From: Carcharhinus amblyrhynchos
Lineage: Eukaryota
NCBI GenBank assembly: GCA_965287045.1
Contig: OZ336885.1
Span: forward strand, 49,352,001-49,416,000
Length of the DNA: 64,000 nt
Reading direction: 5' to 3'
The notes beneath the pieces are model-generated. The model did no database searches and was not told the origin of the DNA. It saw only the letters and a list, made by a program, of their open reading frames with translations. Within the stretch, counting starts at the first letter, position 1, and each line of letters starts with the position of its first letter. Below, one piece after another: positions 62,396-64,000 of this stretch. The position numbers and the translations under genes are program-made.

Positions 62396-63469
62396 GTAAT
62401 TCTTGTCTTGTGAAAAGAAAACAACGACTGGGCACTGTGGAGCTAACATTTTGGTAAACTGATTTTGAGAAGAAGTAGGCAACCAAACAAGCATCTTGTG
62501 AGAGGATCAAAGGAAGACAAATTAATGGAATGGGGTGGGGACAGAAGCTGCCAAATGAATTCATGATTGGAGCCAAATGGAAGCGGAGCAGCAAGAGTTT
62601 CTTACCTCACTATGTTTGAAAACCAAATATCCAATGGTCTGTGAAACAGCTCTAAGATAAAACATTACTTTCTCTCTGAACTATTTTTCAATTGCTCAAT
62701 GATTACTTGTGCAAGGTAAAGAGTTTCAATTGCTTACAGTTTCTTCCATTGATACATGAAATGGTTTGCTCAGTGAAGCTTTTATAGGGCAGCAGTAAAA
62801 TGAGTTTCTGTGAGAAATGCATAATGTATAACTCTTTCAAAGTTTATTCATACATGATATTGTTACTGTAAAGTTCATTGATCCTGTACAGAATGTATAC
62901 TAGGCAAAAAGGCAGCAAATGTCATAGACTAGCATGGAAGTTACTTTTTTATTTGCATATTCTCATACCCATATTGATTTTTACCCTTTGAGAAATACTG
63001 GGGGAAGTGATGAAAGGATTCCTGAGTTGATTATCAGCCCATTGAACTGTTTTATGCACTCTCCTTCCCTGGCCAACAGGTCCTCATATTTGACTCAACC
63101 CCTGAGTTTTTGCCCCAACAGCAAGGGCTCCAGCACTGTGCCACAAAGTCATAGAGACTATAACTGGCCATTGAGTGTAGTTGGAAGTTCATTATATGTA
63201 TGTAGGAATGAATGCTCATTGAGGGTATGTGTAGGGGTATAGATTGGCATGGGAAACATAGGTAAGATCTTTTGAATTTACTTTTCAAAAGTATTCCTTT
63301 CCAGACCATGGTTCATGACCTTTTGAAGTGTTTTACTTATTTATCTTTATTACCATAAAATGTCAAACACAGGCACAATATTAAAATCAAAAACAGCAAC
63401 AACAAAATCAGTCAATATGTGCCTAGAATTTATATTATCTTTCCAATAAGTCTTCTAAAAGTCATTACA

Positions 63470-63910
63470 TTCAGAACAAAATTAAGCAAAGCATTCCAAG
63501 TATGCTTTGGAATATGTGAAAAGAAATTGTGAATATCAATTGTGAACTAAATTTCTGCCATTTAAACTGATGACCAGGCAAAATACTGTAATTGCAAGTG
63601 AATAACTTTTTAGGCTTAGAGATAGTATGGCCATGCATCACTTTACAAATTTCAATTAAATCAAAAATCAGTCTTCCCTTTTCTGAAGATTGTAATCCGA
63701 GAATTCTTAAATGCTCCACATAAGGTATTCTATTCATGTCTTTCATTTTCCTGGTTACACATCTTTTCACTTTCTGTATAAGCTGTAAATCGCTCTGAAA
63801 GTCTGGATTCCAAACTGTGGATGCATACTCCAGATGTGGGCGTACCAGCTGCTTATAGAGTTTAAGATAAGCGCTGGCATCCTGAATCAAAAATGATGCA
63901 TTCAGCACTT
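63470..63910 (-). mobile_element. Ancient CR1-clade RT fragment
   Basis: LKLYKQLVRPHLEYASTVWNP...LRILGLQS.EKGRLIFDLIEICK. Confidence 0.8.
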
Positions 63911-64000
63911 GTAAACATTTATTATCAGCGGTACTGCCTGAGCCATATGATTCATAAACATCAGATTGCTTCTGACAGTCACACAAAAACCCTTGGAACC

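Overview
Eukaryotic, repeat-dense vertebrate DNA, almost certainly from a cartilaginous fish. The evidence is HE1-type V-SINEs with HER1/CR1-type tails, DeuSINE-like SINEs, Rex/Babar, RTE, L1, Gypsy and Penelope-like relics. No host protein-coding gene could be identified with confidence, so the window looks intronic or intergenic, with a few weak exon candidates. It holds two decayed Gypsy proviruses, many 5'-truncated CR1 copies, a ~4 kb 30-bp minisatellite and a 23-bp minisatellite that arose inside a SINE. Five structures stand out. (1) A CR1 lineage whose ~540-nt 3' UTR carries a splice acceptor, several hairpins with compensatory changes and a captured V-SINE body (two diverged copies). 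(2) A young CR1 insertion fused at its 5' end to a 564-bp apparently exact inverted copy of DNA 4 kb away. (3) A 630-bp Penelope palindrome with hammerhead ribozyme motifs on both strands. (4) A circularly permuted LTR with a U5-U3 junction. (5) An ORF1-only (HAL1-like) L1. Family names come from recalled consensus features, not from database searches, and boundaries of old repeats are approximate.
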